A DNA stretch of 64,000 nucleotides from Clostridiales bacterium. GTDB lineage: Bacteria > Bacillota > Sulfobacillia > RBS10-35. Each line of letters starts with the position of its first letter. Within the stretch, counting starts at the first letter, position 1. Position numbers and translations under genes: made by a program. This document shows positions 9,952 through 19,183 of this stretch, one piece after another. The stretch is taken from contig JAHHQG010000026.1 of NCBI GenBank assembly GCA_018729555.1, forward strand, positions 259,329 through 323,328, given 5' to 3'. The notes under the pieces were generated by a model. It did no database searches. It was not told the DNA's origin and worked only from the letters and a program-made list of their open reading frames with translations.

Positions 9952-10672
9952 CCGCCTACACATCCTGGGCCTCCCGGTGGATCCCGTCCCCTTGGAGGAA
10001 GGGGCGGCCTTCCTCCTGGAAAAGCTCAATGCCGGGGAGGGGGGGTACGTGGTCACCCTCAACCCCGAGATGGCCATAGCGGCCCTGCGCCGTCCGGAGG
10101 TAGCCCAGACCATCGAGGAAAGCCTCCTCTCCGTCCCCGACGGGGTGGGGATCGTCTGGGCGGCAAAGCGCCTGGGCCTTCCCCCCCTTCCCCGGGTTCC
10201 CGGCATCGACCTGGGGGAAGCCCTCCTAAGCCGCCTTCCCCCGGAGATCCCCGTCTTTTTCCTGGGGGGAAAACCCGGGGTGGCCGAAAGGGCCGCCCAG
10301 GCCCTCAAGGGGCGGTTTCCTTCCCTCACCGTCGCCGGCACCTACCACGGTTACTTCCCCTGGGATGAGGTGCCGGAGCTTGCCGGGAGGATCGCCTCTT
10401 CCGGCGCCCGCCTCCTGATCCTCGGCATGGGGACGCCCCGGGAGCAGGCCTTCTACCAGGCGGCCAAAGAACACCTCTCCGGCCTTTTGGTCATGGGCTT
10501 GGGGGGTTCCCTGGACGTCTGGGCGGGGAAGGTGCCTCGGGCGCCCCGCCTTTTTCGGCACCTCGGGCTGGAGTGGCTCTACCGCCTTCTGCGCCAGCCT
10601 TCCCGCCTCCGCCGCCAGACGGCCCTCCTTCACTTCGCCTGGAGGGTTTTCCAGAGCTCTAGAGCCCGCTGA
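9935..10672 (+). CDS. WecB/TagA/CpsF family glycosyltransferase (ManNAc-transferase-like)
   Basis: Contains ILGLPVDPVPLEE, VVTLNPEMA, FFLGGKPGVAE, GMGTPREQ and GLEWLYRL. TTG start overlaps the prfB 3' end. Confidence 0.85.
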   Translation: MSPRADRLHILGLPVDPVPLEEGAAFLLEKLNAGEGGYVVTLNPEMAIAALRRPEVAQTIEESLLSVPDGVGIVWAAKRLGLPPLPRVPGIDLGEALLSRLPPEIPVFFLGGKPGVAERAAQALKGRFPSLTVAGTYHGYFPWDEVPELAGRIASSGARLLILGMGTPREQAFYQAAKEHLSGLLVMGLGGSLDVWAGKVPRAPRLFRHLGLEWLYRLLRQPSRLRRQTALLHFAWRVFQSSRAR

Positions 10673-11742
10673 GCGTTGCTTTTGGCCTTGGCCCTAAGGT
10701 CGGGGAGGTCGCGGCGAAGGGCCTCTTCCCGCCGGGAGATCTCCTCCTTGAGGGCCAGGTAATGCGCCCAAAGCTCCGGCATGGGCGGAAGTTCCTCGAG
10801 CTTTCCCAGGGTGGGAAGGCCCAGGTCCTCGGCCACCCCCTCCACCTTGGGGTCATAGACCACCGCCAAGGCTCCCCGGCCGACGGCGGCGCTCATGATG
10901 AGGGCGTGGAGGCGCATGGTGAGGATGAGGCCGGCCCGCTTCAGGAGGAGGAGGAAAGAAGGGGTGTCGGCGGCCTCCACCTGGAGGATCCTCCCCCGGG
11001 GCTTCACCTGACGGAGGAGATCTTCCGCCAGGGGCTGGTCCAGGCGGGGGTGGAAGGGCAAAAAGATGGGCTCGTAGGGTTCTTCCCGGGCGATGGTGGC
11101 GATGAGCTCCACCAGGGCTGGGGGAAGGCTCTTTCCCCGGGCCGGGGGCCGCAAGGCCAAGAGGGCATAGCTCTCCGGCTCCAGGCCAAAGGCCTTTAAA
11201 CGGCGCTCCTCTTCCTCCGGGGTGAGGGAGAGGGTGAGGCCCAGGGCGGCATCGGCGGTGACCAGGGCTGGCCGCCGGACCTTTAGCCCTTCCATGAAGT
11301 CCAGGGATTGGTGATCCCGAAGGGTGATGAGGTGGGGAAGCCGAAGGATGTGGCGGGTGATCCAGCGGCCCCATGCCGTCTCGATGGGCCCTAAACCGTT
11401 GGCGTAGAGCATGCTGGGGGTTCCAAGGAGCCTCGCGAGAAGGAGGACCCCGGCATAGTAATGGAGGGACCGCAGGCTGGTGACGTCCTGCAAGAGGGTT
11501 CCGCCCCCCAGGATGTAGAGGTCGGCCCAGCGGAGGGCCCGGATGACCTCCAGGGGGTGAAACCGGTCCACGGCGGGGACGCCGAAGCTCCTACGGGTGT
11601 GCTCCGGATTCCCCGAGAGGACCTTCAGCTCCGCCTCCGGGGCTTCCTCCCGGAGGTCCTTCAGGAGGGCGTAGAGAAGGGCTTCATCCCCCGCGTTGCC
11701 AAACCCGTAGTAGCCGTGGAGGAGGAGCCGGGGGGCCTTCAT
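10630..11742 (-). CDS. csaB: polysaccharide pyruvyl transferase CsaB
   Basis: Contains LHGYYGFGNAGDEALLYAL, ILGGGTLLQD and MRLHALI. The 3' end overlaps the convergent TagA-like gene by 43 nt. Confidence 0.85.
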   Translation of the reverse strand: MKAPRLLLHGYYGFGNAGDEALLYALLKDLREEAPEAELKVLSGNPEHTRRSFGVPAVDRFHPLEVIRALRWADLYILGGGTLLQDVTSLRSLHYYAGVLLLARLLGTPSMLYANGLGPIETAWGRWITRHILRLPHLITLRDHQSLDFMEGLKVRRPALVTADAALGLTLSLTPEEEERRLKAFGLEPESYALLALRPPARGKSLPPALVELIATIAREEPYEPIFLPFHPRLDQPLAEDLLRQVKPRGRILQVEAADTPSFLLLLKRAGLILTMRLHALIMSAAVGRGALAVVYDPKVEGVAEDLGLPTLGKLEELPPMPELWAHYLALKEEISRREEALRRDLPDLRAKAKSNAQRALELWKTLQAK

Positions 11743-12875
11743 GGAGATTCCCCTGGCGAAAGGGCCTTCAGGTAAAGCTCCCTAAGCTTCCGGCCCTGCT
11801 GCAAGGGATCGTGGCGGCGCTGGGCGTCCACCCGGGCCCATTGCCCCATGCGGAGGCGCTTTTCCCCATGGAGGGCGAGATCCACCAAGATCTCTCGAGC
11901 TTGGGCGGCGCTCCCCGCGGGGACCAGCCGGCCCGTTTCGCCGTCGGCGATGATCTCGCCGCTGCCACTTTCGGCCGCCACCACCACCGGCAGCCCGGCC
12001 ATCTGGGCTTCCACCACCGCCAGGCTGAAGGCCTCCCGCAGGGAGAGGAGGAGAAAGATGTCGGCGGCGGCGTAAAGGGCCAGGGGATCGGGGTGGAAGC
12101 CCAGGAAGAGGGAGGGGTCCAGGTCCAGGGAGGCGGCCCGCTTCTCCAAACGCCCCTTCAAGGGGCCGTCGCCGGCGATGAGGGGGCGAAGGCGGGGCCC
12201 TTTTTGCCGTTCCAGGAGATCCCGGGCTTCGGCCACCGCATCCAGCCAGGCTTCCCATCGCTTTTCAGCTACCAGCCGCCCCGTCCCCAGGACCACCACC
12301 TCCTCGGGGGCGATCCCCAGGGATGACCGCACCCCTTCGCGCCTTTCCCCCAGGGCCTGGAAGGGGCCGGGGTCCATGGGGGCGTAAAGGACGTGGATGC
12401 GGGCTTCAGGAATCCCTTCCTCCGCCAGCTCCTTGGCCACTTTTTGGGAGACGGCCACCACCTGATGGGGGAGGCGCCGCTCCAGGCTCCGGGCGATGGA
12501 GAGGGAGAAGCCCTTCACCTGGGCGCTGGTCCGGTCCTTGAGGCCGTGGCGGGTGTAGAAGACGGCGGGAACCCCCGCCAGGGACGCCGCCAGGCGACCT
12601 GAAAGGCTGCTGTGGGTATGGACCACGTGGGGCCGCCATGCCCGGAAAAGGCGCAGCAGATCCAGGAGGGCGGAGGGGTGGAAGGAGCGGGAAGGCATGG
12701 GCCGCACCCACACCTGGACATGGGGAAGGGCCGCTGCCAGGTGATCCGCCAGGGTTCCCGGCGGCACCACCACCGCCAGCTGGTCTTCGCCGAAGGCGGG
12801 GGACGAGAGGACTTCCTTGAGATAACGGGCTGTGCCGCCGATGCCCCGGTCGCTGGCCACATGGACGATCCTCAT
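11739..12875 (-). CDS. glycosyltransferase family 4 (GT-B fold)
   Basis: Starts MRIVHVASDRGIGG and contains the C-terminal EAFSLAVVEAQMAGLPVV motif. ATG 12875 forms an ATGA overlap with the upstream gene stop. The ORF opens earlier, at 12926. Confidence 0.85.
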   Translation of the reverse strand: MRIVHVASDRGIGGTARYLKEVLSSPAFGEDQLAVVVPPGTLADHLAAALPHVQVWVRPMPSRSFHPSALLDLLRLFRAWRPHVVHTHSSLSGRLAASLAGVPAVFYTRHGLKDRTSAQVKGFSLSIARSLERRLPHQVVAVSQKVAKELAEEGIPEARIHVLYAPMDPGPFQALGERREGVRSSLGIAPEEVVVLGTGRLVAEKRWEAWLDAVAEARDLLERQKGPRLRPLIAGDGPLKGRLEKRAASLDLDPSLFLGFHPDPLALYAAADIFLLLSLREAFSLAVVEAQMAGLPVVVAAESGSGEIIADGETGRLVPAGSAAQAREILVDLALHGEKRLRMGQWARVDAQRRHDPLQQGRKLRELYLKALSPGESP

Positions 12876-14182
12876 GCCGATCGGTCTCCCCTTTGGACGG
12901 CCCCCAGGCCCGCCCCCAGGAACCACCAGAGGGCCATGGCCGAGCGGGGGCTGAACCAGATGTTATCCACCATGCCCTCCAAGAGAAGGCCTCCTAAGGC
13001 TGCCAGGGCGGCCGCCGCCGTGAGGCGCTGGAGGGAAGGGCCCTCTTGCAGGCTACCCCGGAAGAGGAGGACGGCCACGGCGCCCACGAAGAGGAGGAAG
13101 AGGAGGAGGGCCGGCAGGCCTGCTTCCACCCAGAGTTCCAGGTAGATGTTGTGGGCATGGGCCGCCAGGGTGCCCGCCAGCATGTAAGCGGGGTAGACCA
13201 GGGCAAAGGCGGCGGGACCCAAACCGACCCCCGTCCAGAGGTGGGCCTTGGCCATCTGCCAAACCCCCTGCCAGATGGCAAACCGGTACTGGATGGAGGT
13301 GTCCCCGCCTCCCAGGAGGGAGTTCAGCCGCACCTGGATGGCGCTGGGCCCCATGGTCACCAGGCCCGCCAGGGCCACCGCCAGGCCTCCCCAGATGAAG
13401 GGGGCATACCGAGGTTTCCAGAGGCCCCCTAAAAGGGCCATGACCACCAGGGTGGCCAGCCACCCGCCCCGCGAGAAGGTCTCCACCTGGGCTGCCAGGA
13501 CGGTTCCCGTGAGGAGGAGGGCCAAAGCTTTCATCCCCCAGGTTTGTTCGCTCAAAAGGAGGAGGAATCCCGCCGCCAAGGGCGGCACCAGGTAGGCCGC
13601 CAGCATGTTGGGGTCGTCGAAGACGGAGAAAATGCGGGTCCTCAGGCCCGGGTTGGCGTTGATGTCGATCCAGCGGGAGGTGTCGATGCCCACCCAGGCC
13701 TGGAGGAGGCCGATGACGGCCACCAGGAAGGCGCCCCCCAGAAAAGCCCAGAGGCCCCCCCGGAGGTAGGAAGGGTAAAGGGCGAAGGTTTGGGCGACCC
13801 AAGCCAGGAGGAGGCCGTAGGTGGTCCAGAGGATGAAGCTCAAAAGGCTGGCTCGGGGCACCACGCTGGCGACGGTGGCCATGGCCATGAAGGCGAGAAA
13901 GCCGAGATAGAGACTGTAGGGAAGGGGGAAGGGACCCAAGCTTTCGCCCCGGGCCAGGCGGGAAAGGACGAAGATGAGGCTCCCCAGGGCGATGAGGACC
14001 GTCAGGGTGGGGGTGGAGAGAAAGGGAAAAGCCAGGGCCAGGTAGATGGGAAGCCGTTCCAGGGGCACCTTTTGCAGCACGACGCTTCCCGCCAGGATGG
14101 GCCGGAGGGAGGCCAGGCGGAGAACCCCGGCCCGGAGCACCCGGTAGGTGACGCTTTTGCGCCCGATCTGGGGAAGGGCCAA
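12872..14182 (-). CDS. O-antigen ligase/polymerase-like (Wzy_C family) polytopic membrane protein
   Basis: 436 aa and about 10 or more hydrophobic helices. Contains a loop with SRGGWLA and a later HAHNIYLELWVEAG, typical of O-antigen ligase-like proteins. Confidence 0.8.
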   Translation of the reverse strand: MALPQIGRKSVTYRVLRAGVLRLASLRPILAGSVVLQKVPLERLPIYLALAFPFLSTPTLTVLIALGSLIFVLSRLARGESLGPFPLPYSLYLGFLAFMAMATVASVVPRASLLSFILWTTYGLLLAWVAQTFALYPSYLRGGLWAFLGGAFLVAVIGLLQAWVGIDTSRWIDINANPGLRTRIFSVFDDPNMLAAYLVPPLAAGFLLLLSEQTWGMKALALLLTGTVLAAQVETFSRGGWLATLVVMALLGGLWKPRYAPFIWGGLAVALAGLVTMGPSAIQVRLNSLLGGGDTSIQYRFAIWQGVWQMAKAHLWTGVGLGPAAFALVYPAYMLAGTLAAHAHNIYLELWVEAGLPALLLFLLFVGAVAVLLFRGSLQEGPSLQRLTAAAALAALGGLLLEGMVDNIWFSPRSAMALWWFLGAGLGAVQRGDRSA

Positions 14183-14346
14183 AAGCCCCCGGTAGCCCCG
14201 GTAAAAGAGGCTTCCCCGGAGGGACCTCCCGGAAAAAGCGGCGGTGGCCAGGAGAAAGGCCCTTAGAGAGCTTCCGTCCCAGGCCCGCTCAAGGAGGACC
14301 AGGAAGGCATAGAGGCGCGAATGGGTCCAGGCGGCCTGCCAGATCT

Positions 14347-14838
14347 TCAGGAGGATCCCCCCGGTTCGATCTTCCAGACGATCCCCTCCACGCCCCAGAT
14401 GGCGTTTTGGATCTTGACGGGGGTGCCGATATGGATCTGGAGGGGTCCCACCATGACGGCCGTCGGCGTCACCTGGCCGGGCCCCTCGATGGTGAGGAGC
14501 ACCTCCCTATAGATGTCCGACGGCACTTCCGTCTTGGTGCCGTCGTCGTTCACCTTGAGGAGGACCGCCGGCCGGACCTCCACCGCCTTCAAGACCCCCA
14601 GACGCTGGTTGGTGCGGGTATCGTAGACCACATCCCCCACCTTGAAGGCGTCGGCGGTGGGCTGACGGACTTTCTCCACCAGCACCTGAAAGGTGATGGG
14701 CCGGAGGGTCTGTTCCACGGCAGGCTTTTGCACGAACCATCCGTAAGCGATCCTTCCCGCCAGCAGCAGGACCAGCAGGAGGACCGCCAGGTCGATGATG
14801 TTGATCCGTCCGAAAAGGCGGCCTTGGGCGTCGATCAA
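14347..14838 (-). CDS. DUF4330-like protein with N-terminal membrane anchor
   Basis: Starts MIDAQGRLFGRINIIDLAVLLLVLLL, the N-terminus characteristic of DUF4330 as I remember it. 163 aa. Confidence 0.65.
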   Translation of the reverse strand: MIDAQGRLFGRINIIDLAVLLLVLLLAGRIAYGWFVQKPAVEQTLRPITFQVLVEKVRQPTADAFKVGDVVYDTRTNQRLGVLKAVEVRPAVLLKVNDDGTKTEVPSDIYREVLLTIEGPGQVTPTAVMVGPLQIHIGTPVKIQNAIWGVEGIVWKIEPGGSS

Positions 14839-14850
14839 TGGGGTGCCTCC

Positions 14851-15924
14851 TTAACCGTTCTTTCCTGACCAGAGACGTTCGTAAAGGGCGAGAAGATCCG
14901 ACAGCATCTTCTGCCGAGAAAAATGTTCTTCCACAATCCTGCGGTTTTCCAGCCCCAAACGCCGGGCCCTTTCCCGATCCGAAAGGAGGGGCCGGAGCTC
15001 CTCGGCGAGGGCTTTTCCCGTCAGGGGGCGACCCGAGCCCCGCCCCGAAAAATTGGTTTCGCTCAAGGCCCTCCAGTTGTCGGGCGAGAGGATTCCCCCC
15101 AGGCCTCCCTGCCCCGCCACGATGACAGGACGCCCGCAGGCCATGGCTTCCAGGACGGCCCGACCGGCCCCCACCACGGCGAAAGCCTCCTGCAAAAGGG
15201 GCAGGGGATCGGCCACCGCTCCCGCCATGGCCACCACCCCTCGAGCTGCCGCCTCCACCACCCCCCGCTGGCGGCCGTCCCCCGCGATGGTGGCCCGGAG
15301 GTCCGGAAAATGGGGCCTGAGCTCCCGGACGGCTTCCACCAGGCTCAGAGCAGGCGCGATGGTTTCATCCAAACGGCTGACGTGGACGATGTGGAGGCCC
15401 TCGGGTTCCTCCTTTGGGGGCCGGAAATGCCCGGTGTCCACCCCGTTGGGGACGACGTGGATCCTTTCCGCCGGCGCCCCGAGATGGTCCACCAGGTGGC
15501 GGCGGACCTCGGGGCTGATGGCTACGACGGCATCCCCCCAGGTGTTGACGTAGCGCCAAAAGCCGGTGTGGCGGTAGAGGCCGTGGTAGGTGATGACCAG
15601 GGGGATCCCCGTCCCTTTGCGGGCCTGGGCGGCGACCCATGCGGGGAGGCGGGCATGGGCGTGGATGACATGAGGCTGCCATGTCCGGAGGGTACGGGCC
15701 ACCTGGAGGACCCCTCGGGCCATGAGGAGGGGGGACCGCCGGTGGAGGGGAGCTTCTTCATGGGGGATGCCGGCCTCCGCCAGGAAACGCACGAGGGACC
15801 CTCCCGCCGACATGACCTTCACTTCCTGGCCCGCCTCCTTGAGGCCCCGGGCTAGGGTGATGACGTGGGTCTCGGCCCCTCCCATCTCAAGGGCCATGGC
15901 CAGGAGCAAGATGCGGCGCGTCAA
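14851..15924 (-). CDS. glycosyltransferase family 4
   Basis: RRILLLAMALEMGGAETHV is a GT4 N-terminus. The probable TTG start at 15924 follows GGGGGA. The ORF opens at 16035 but would then overlap the ftsE upstream region. Confidence 0.85.
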   Translation of the reverse strand: MTRRILLLAMALEMGGAETHVITLARGLKEAGQEVKVMSAGGSLVRFLAEAGIPHEEAPLHRRSPLLMARGVLQVARTLRTWQPHVIHAHARLPAWVAAQARKGTGIPLVITYHGLYRHTGFWRYVNTWGDAVVAISPEVRRHLVDHLGAPAERIHVVPNGVDTGHFRPPKEEPEGLHIVHVSRLDETIAPALSLVEAVRELRPHFPDLRATIAGDGRQRGVVEAAARGVVAMAGAVADPLPLLQEAFAVVGAGRAVLEAMACGRPVIVAGQGGLGGILSPDNWRALSETNFSGRGSGRPLTGKALAEELRPLLSDRERARRLGLENRRIVEEHFSRQKMLSDLLALYERLWSGKNG

Positions 15925-16061
15925 GGGGCTATCCCCCGGCTGCAACGAACGCTTGGCGAAAAGTTGGCAATTTTCTTCGCTGCGAAAGGAGTTTCCCTTC
16001 TTTTGTCGAAGGAGCCCTGATGGAGCCTGTCCCACTCGGGACTGGAGGAAGGAAGAGGCCT

Positions 16062-16748
16062 TTGATCACCCTCATCGGCGTGTCCAAGGTCTACCGTCCC
16101 AGACGAGTCGCCCTGCTGGATGTCAACGTTCACATCGGCAAGGGCGAATTCGTCTTTCTGACCGGGGCGTCGGGGGCGGGCAAGAGCACCTTCTTGCGGC
16201 TTCTTTACCGGGAACAGACTCCCACCTCCGGTCAGGTCATCGTCCTGGGTCAGGATGTGGCCCGGATGCCTTTGCGCAAAGTGCCCTACCTCAGGCGCCA
16301 GATCGGCGTCGTGTTTCAAGATTATAAGCTTTTGCTCGATAAGACGGTATGGGACAACGTAGCCTTTCCCCTGGTGGTGACGGAGCACAGCCCGCGGGAG
16401 ATCGCCCGGCGGGTCCCCGCCGTCCTGGAGCAGGTGGGCCTTTTGGGGTACGAGAAAGCCCGCGCGGGGGAGCTTTCGGGCGGCGAGCAGCAGCGGGTGG
16501 CCCTGGCCCGGAGCATCGTCCTTCAGCCCGCCATCCTCCTGGCGGACGAGCCCACCGGAAACCTGGACGCCGGCACCGCCCGCGCCATCGTGGACCTCAT
16601 CCAGGACATCCACCGCCGGGGCACCACGGTGGTGGTGGCGACCCATTCCGACTGGATCGTCAACCGTTTGCGGCAGCGGGTGATCCACCTGCGGCAGGGA
16701 AGGGTCATCAGGGATGAGTATCCCGGGAGGTATGTCCATGAAGCTTAG
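16062..16748 (+). CDS. ftsE: cell division ATP-binding protein FtsE
   Basis: Starting at TTG 16062 gives (M)ITLIGVSKVY after GGAGGAAGGAAGAGG. Contains Walker A GASGAGKST, signature LSGGEQQRVALARS and Walker B LLADEPTGNLD. The ORF opens at 16020. Confidence 0.92.
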   Translation: MITLIGVSKVYRPRRVALLDVNVHIGKGEFVFLTGASGAGKSTFLRLLYREQTPTSGQVIVLGQDVARMPLRKVPYLRRQIGVVFQDYKLLLDKTVWDNVAFPLVVTEHSPREIARRVPAVLEQVGLLGYEKARAGELSGGEQQRVALARSIVLQPAILLADEPTGNLDAGTARAIVDLIQDIHRRGTTVVVATHSDWIVNRLRQRVIHLRQGRVIRDEYPGRYVHEA

Positions 16749-17628
16749 CACATGGGCTTACTACTTCCGCGAAGCTTGGCAGGGGATGCGATCGGGCGGT
16801 CTTTTGAGCCTGGCCTCGTCGCTGGCCATCGTGATATCCCTGGCCGCCCTGGCGGCCGTCATGATCCTGGCCTTTAACCTCCAGCACATGACGCGGGTGG
16901 TGGAAAACCAGCTGCAGCTGGTGGCCTACCTGGTGGACGATTTCGACCGGGTCTGGCAGGATGAGCTGATGCGCAAGGTCCGGGCCATCCCCCACGTGAA
17001 GAATGCCCGTTTCGTCACCCGCGAAGAAGGGCTGCAGCGGCTGCAGGAGCAGCTGGGGAGCGATTCCGTCCTCCTGGAGGCGGCGGCGGAAAGCGGCAAC
17101 CCCCTCCCCGATGCCGTGGAAGTGGAGGTGGACGATCCCCGCTACATGGGCCAGGTGGCGGCGGCCCTGGGGAGGATCCAGAGCGTGGAGGAAGTGGCCT
17201 ACCGCCGGGACATCGTCCAGCGCCTGACGGCCCTCACCGACGGCATCCGCACCGTGGGCCTGGCCCTGGTGGTCCTCCTGGCGGCCGCCAGCCTTCTCAC
17301 GGTGGCCAACACCGTCCGCCTCACCATCTACGCGCGGCGCCGGGAGATCGCCATCATGAAGCTGGTGGGGGCCACCAACGGGTTCATCCGCTGGCCCTTC
17401 CTCCTGGAAGGGATCCTCTTCGGCCTTTTGGGAGCCGGCATCGCCGTGGGAACCGCCTGGCTGGGGTACAGCTGGCTGGCGGCCAGGATCGCCGAGGGGC
17501 TTCCCTTCGTACCCCTTTTGCCTCCCGACCGGGTCCTCTTCCAGGTGGCCCAAGCCCTCTTTTTGGGAGGGGTCCTCCTGGGGGCGGGGGGAAGCTTGGT
17601 GTCCTTGAGGCGATTCCTGAGGGTCTAG
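16738..17628 (+). CDS. ftsX: cell division permease-like protein FtsX
   Basis: MKLSTWAYYFREAWQGMR is a typical FtsX start. It has an extracytoplasmic loop and then 3 C-terminal TM helices with EIAIMKLVGAT. ATG 16738 overlaps the ftsE stop. Confidence 0.9.
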   Translation: MKLSTWAYYFREAWQGMRSGGLLSLASSLAIVISLAALAAVMILAFNLQHMTRVVENQLQLVAYLVDDFDRVWQDELMRKVRAIPHVKNARFVTREEGLQRLQEQLGSDSVLLEAAAESGNPLPDAVEVEVDDPRYMGQVAAALGRIQSVEEVAYRRDIVQRLTALTDGIRTVGLALVVLLAAASLLTVANTVRLTIYARRREIAIMKLVGATNGFIRWPFLLEGILFGLLGAGIAVGTAWLGYSWLAARIAEGLPFVPLLPPDRVLFQVAQALFLGGVLLGAGGSLVSLRRFLRV

Positions 17629-17646
17629 GGAAGGAGGAGCCGACCG

Positions 17647-18843
17647 GTGGCGAAGCGACGGCAAAAGACGTGGACCATCCTCCTCATCCTGGGGCTGGTG
17701 TTCCTGGCCCTCCCAGGGGTTTCCCAGGCATGGGCCGCCCCTTCCCCGTCGGTGGAGCAGCTCCTGCAAGAGATCCGGGAGCTGGAGCAAAAGCTTCAGC
17801 AACAGGAGAAGAACAAGAAGACGAAACAGGCGGAGCTTAAGAAAACCCAGGCCCGCCTGGCGGAAGTGAGGGCCCAGCTGCAAAAGCTTCAGGCCCGCAT
17901 GGATCAGGTGCAAAAACGCTACGAAGAGCTGCAGCGGCAGCTGCAGGAGGAAGAAGCTAGGTTGGCGGCGCTGGAGGCCGACCTCAAGGCCAAGGAAGAA
18001 GCTGTGGCTCGCCACGATTACCTCTTGCAGCAGCGGCTGGTGGCCCTCTACAAGGGGGGACGCCTGGGGTACATGGAGGTCCTCCTTTCCGCCACCAGCT
18101 TCAGCGATTTCGTCAGCCGCCTGGAGCTTTTGCACCGGGTGGCCCAGCATGACCTGGAGCTCCTCCGTCAGGCGGAAGCGCTGCGGGCCCAGGTGGAGGC
18201 CGCCCGGGATGCTCAGCAAAAGCAGCGGGATAAGGTGGCGGCCTTGAAGGCCCAGGTGGCGGCCACCCGGTCAGAGCTGGGCCAGCAGATCGCTTCCAGC
18301 CAGCGGCAGGAAACCACCCTCAGCCAGGAAGCGGAGCAGCTGCGCAAAGAGCTGGACGAGCTGGAGCGGAGCAGCCAGGAGATCGCCAAGCTGCTCCAGG
18401 AAAAGCGCATCGCCTATAGCCGGGCCGGGGGCTTCAGCCTGATCTATCCCCTCAAGGGCGGCCCCTACCGGGTGACCAGCCCCTACGGGATGCGCTACCA
18501 CCCCATCCTGAAGGAGTACCGGCTCCACAGCGGGACTGACATCGGGGCACCCGCTGGCACCCCTGTTTTAGCGGCAGAGAGCGGCGTCGTGGTCTACGCG
18601 GGCTGGATGGGTGGCTACGGCAACATCGTGGTCATCAACCACGGGACGGTGAACGGCCAAGACATGGCCACGGCCTATGCCCATCTCAGCAAGATCTCCG
18701 TTACCCTGGGCCAGGAAGTGGCCGCCGGCCAGGTGATCGGAAACGTTGGGAGCACCGGCAACTCCACCGGCCCCCATCTCCATTTCGAAGTCCGGGTGAA
18801 CGGCAACACCGTGGATCCGGAGAAATGGATCAAGCTCCGCTGA
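17647..18843 (+). CDS. coiled-coil M23 family metallopeptidase (EnvC/PcsB-like FtsEX partner candidate)
   Basis: Signal/anchor helix, then about 250 aa of heptad-rich Q/E/L/K sequence, then the M23 core HSGTDIGAPAGTPV...GSTGNSTGPHLHFEV. Confidence 0.9.
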   Translation: MAKRRQKTWTILLILGLVFLALPGVSQAWAAPSPSVEQLLQEIRELEQKLQQQEKNKKTKQAELKKTQARLAEVRAQLQKLQARMDQVQKRYEELQRQLQEEEARLAALEADLKAKEEAVARHDYLLQQRLVALYKGGRLGYMEVLLSATSFSDFVSRLELLHRVAQHDLELLRQAEALRAQVEAARDAQQKQRDKVAALKAQVAATRSELGQQIASSQRQETTLSQEAEQLRKELDELERSSQEIAKLLQEKRIAYSRAGGFSLIYPLKGGPYRVTSPYGMRYHPILKEYRLHSGTDIGAPAGTPVLAAESGVVVYAGWMGGYGNIVVINHGTVNGQDMATAYAHLSKISVTLGQEVAAGQVIGNVGSTGNSTGPHLHFEVRVNGNTVDPEKWIKLR

Positions 18844-18873
18844 TGGTGGGGTTGCCAGCAGCTGAAAATATGA

Positions 18874-18902
18874 TTGATCTTCGTCTTTTTCTCGGGTAGA
18901 AC
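18874..18902 (+). promoter_or_regulatory. candidate sigma-A-type promoter
   Basis: TTGATC (18874-18879), a 17-nt spacer, then TAGAAC (18897-18902), within an AT-rich patch just after the M23 gene stop. Both hexamers are imperfect. Confidence 0.3.
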
Positions 18903-18923
18903 ATATCCATAAAACTCAGCCAG

Positions 18924-19183
18924 ACGCCGGCTGGGGAACCTTCCGGGCGCGCCTCGAAGCGAAAGTCAAGCTTCGAGGCGTGCGGATCGTGAAGGTAGGC
19001 TGCTTTGAGCCGACGTCTCAAGTTCGCCCTGGCAGCCGGCGTGTAGGCTGCTCTACCGCGAGTTCCGCGGGAAGTGACGCCTGTGGAGATGGGCTCTGCG
19101 GCGGAACGGGAAAACCCGGTCTACGAGCACCCCGCCGATGAAGCAGGAAGCAACCGGGACGGTATCCCGTTGGGATATTTGTC
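18924..19183 (+). promoter_or_regulatory. structured non-coding leader/RNA candidate (class unassigned)
   Basis: A long-range 10-bp helix ACGCCGGCTG (18924-18933) / CAGCCGGCGT (19033-19042) encloses about 100 nt. Inside it is a perfect 10-bp hairpin GCCTCGAAGC-N9-GCTTCGAGGC (18951-18979). Further hairpins lie at 19056-19070 and 19151-19172, the latter followed by ATATTTGTCT. No plausible ORF on either strand. Confidence 0.35.
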
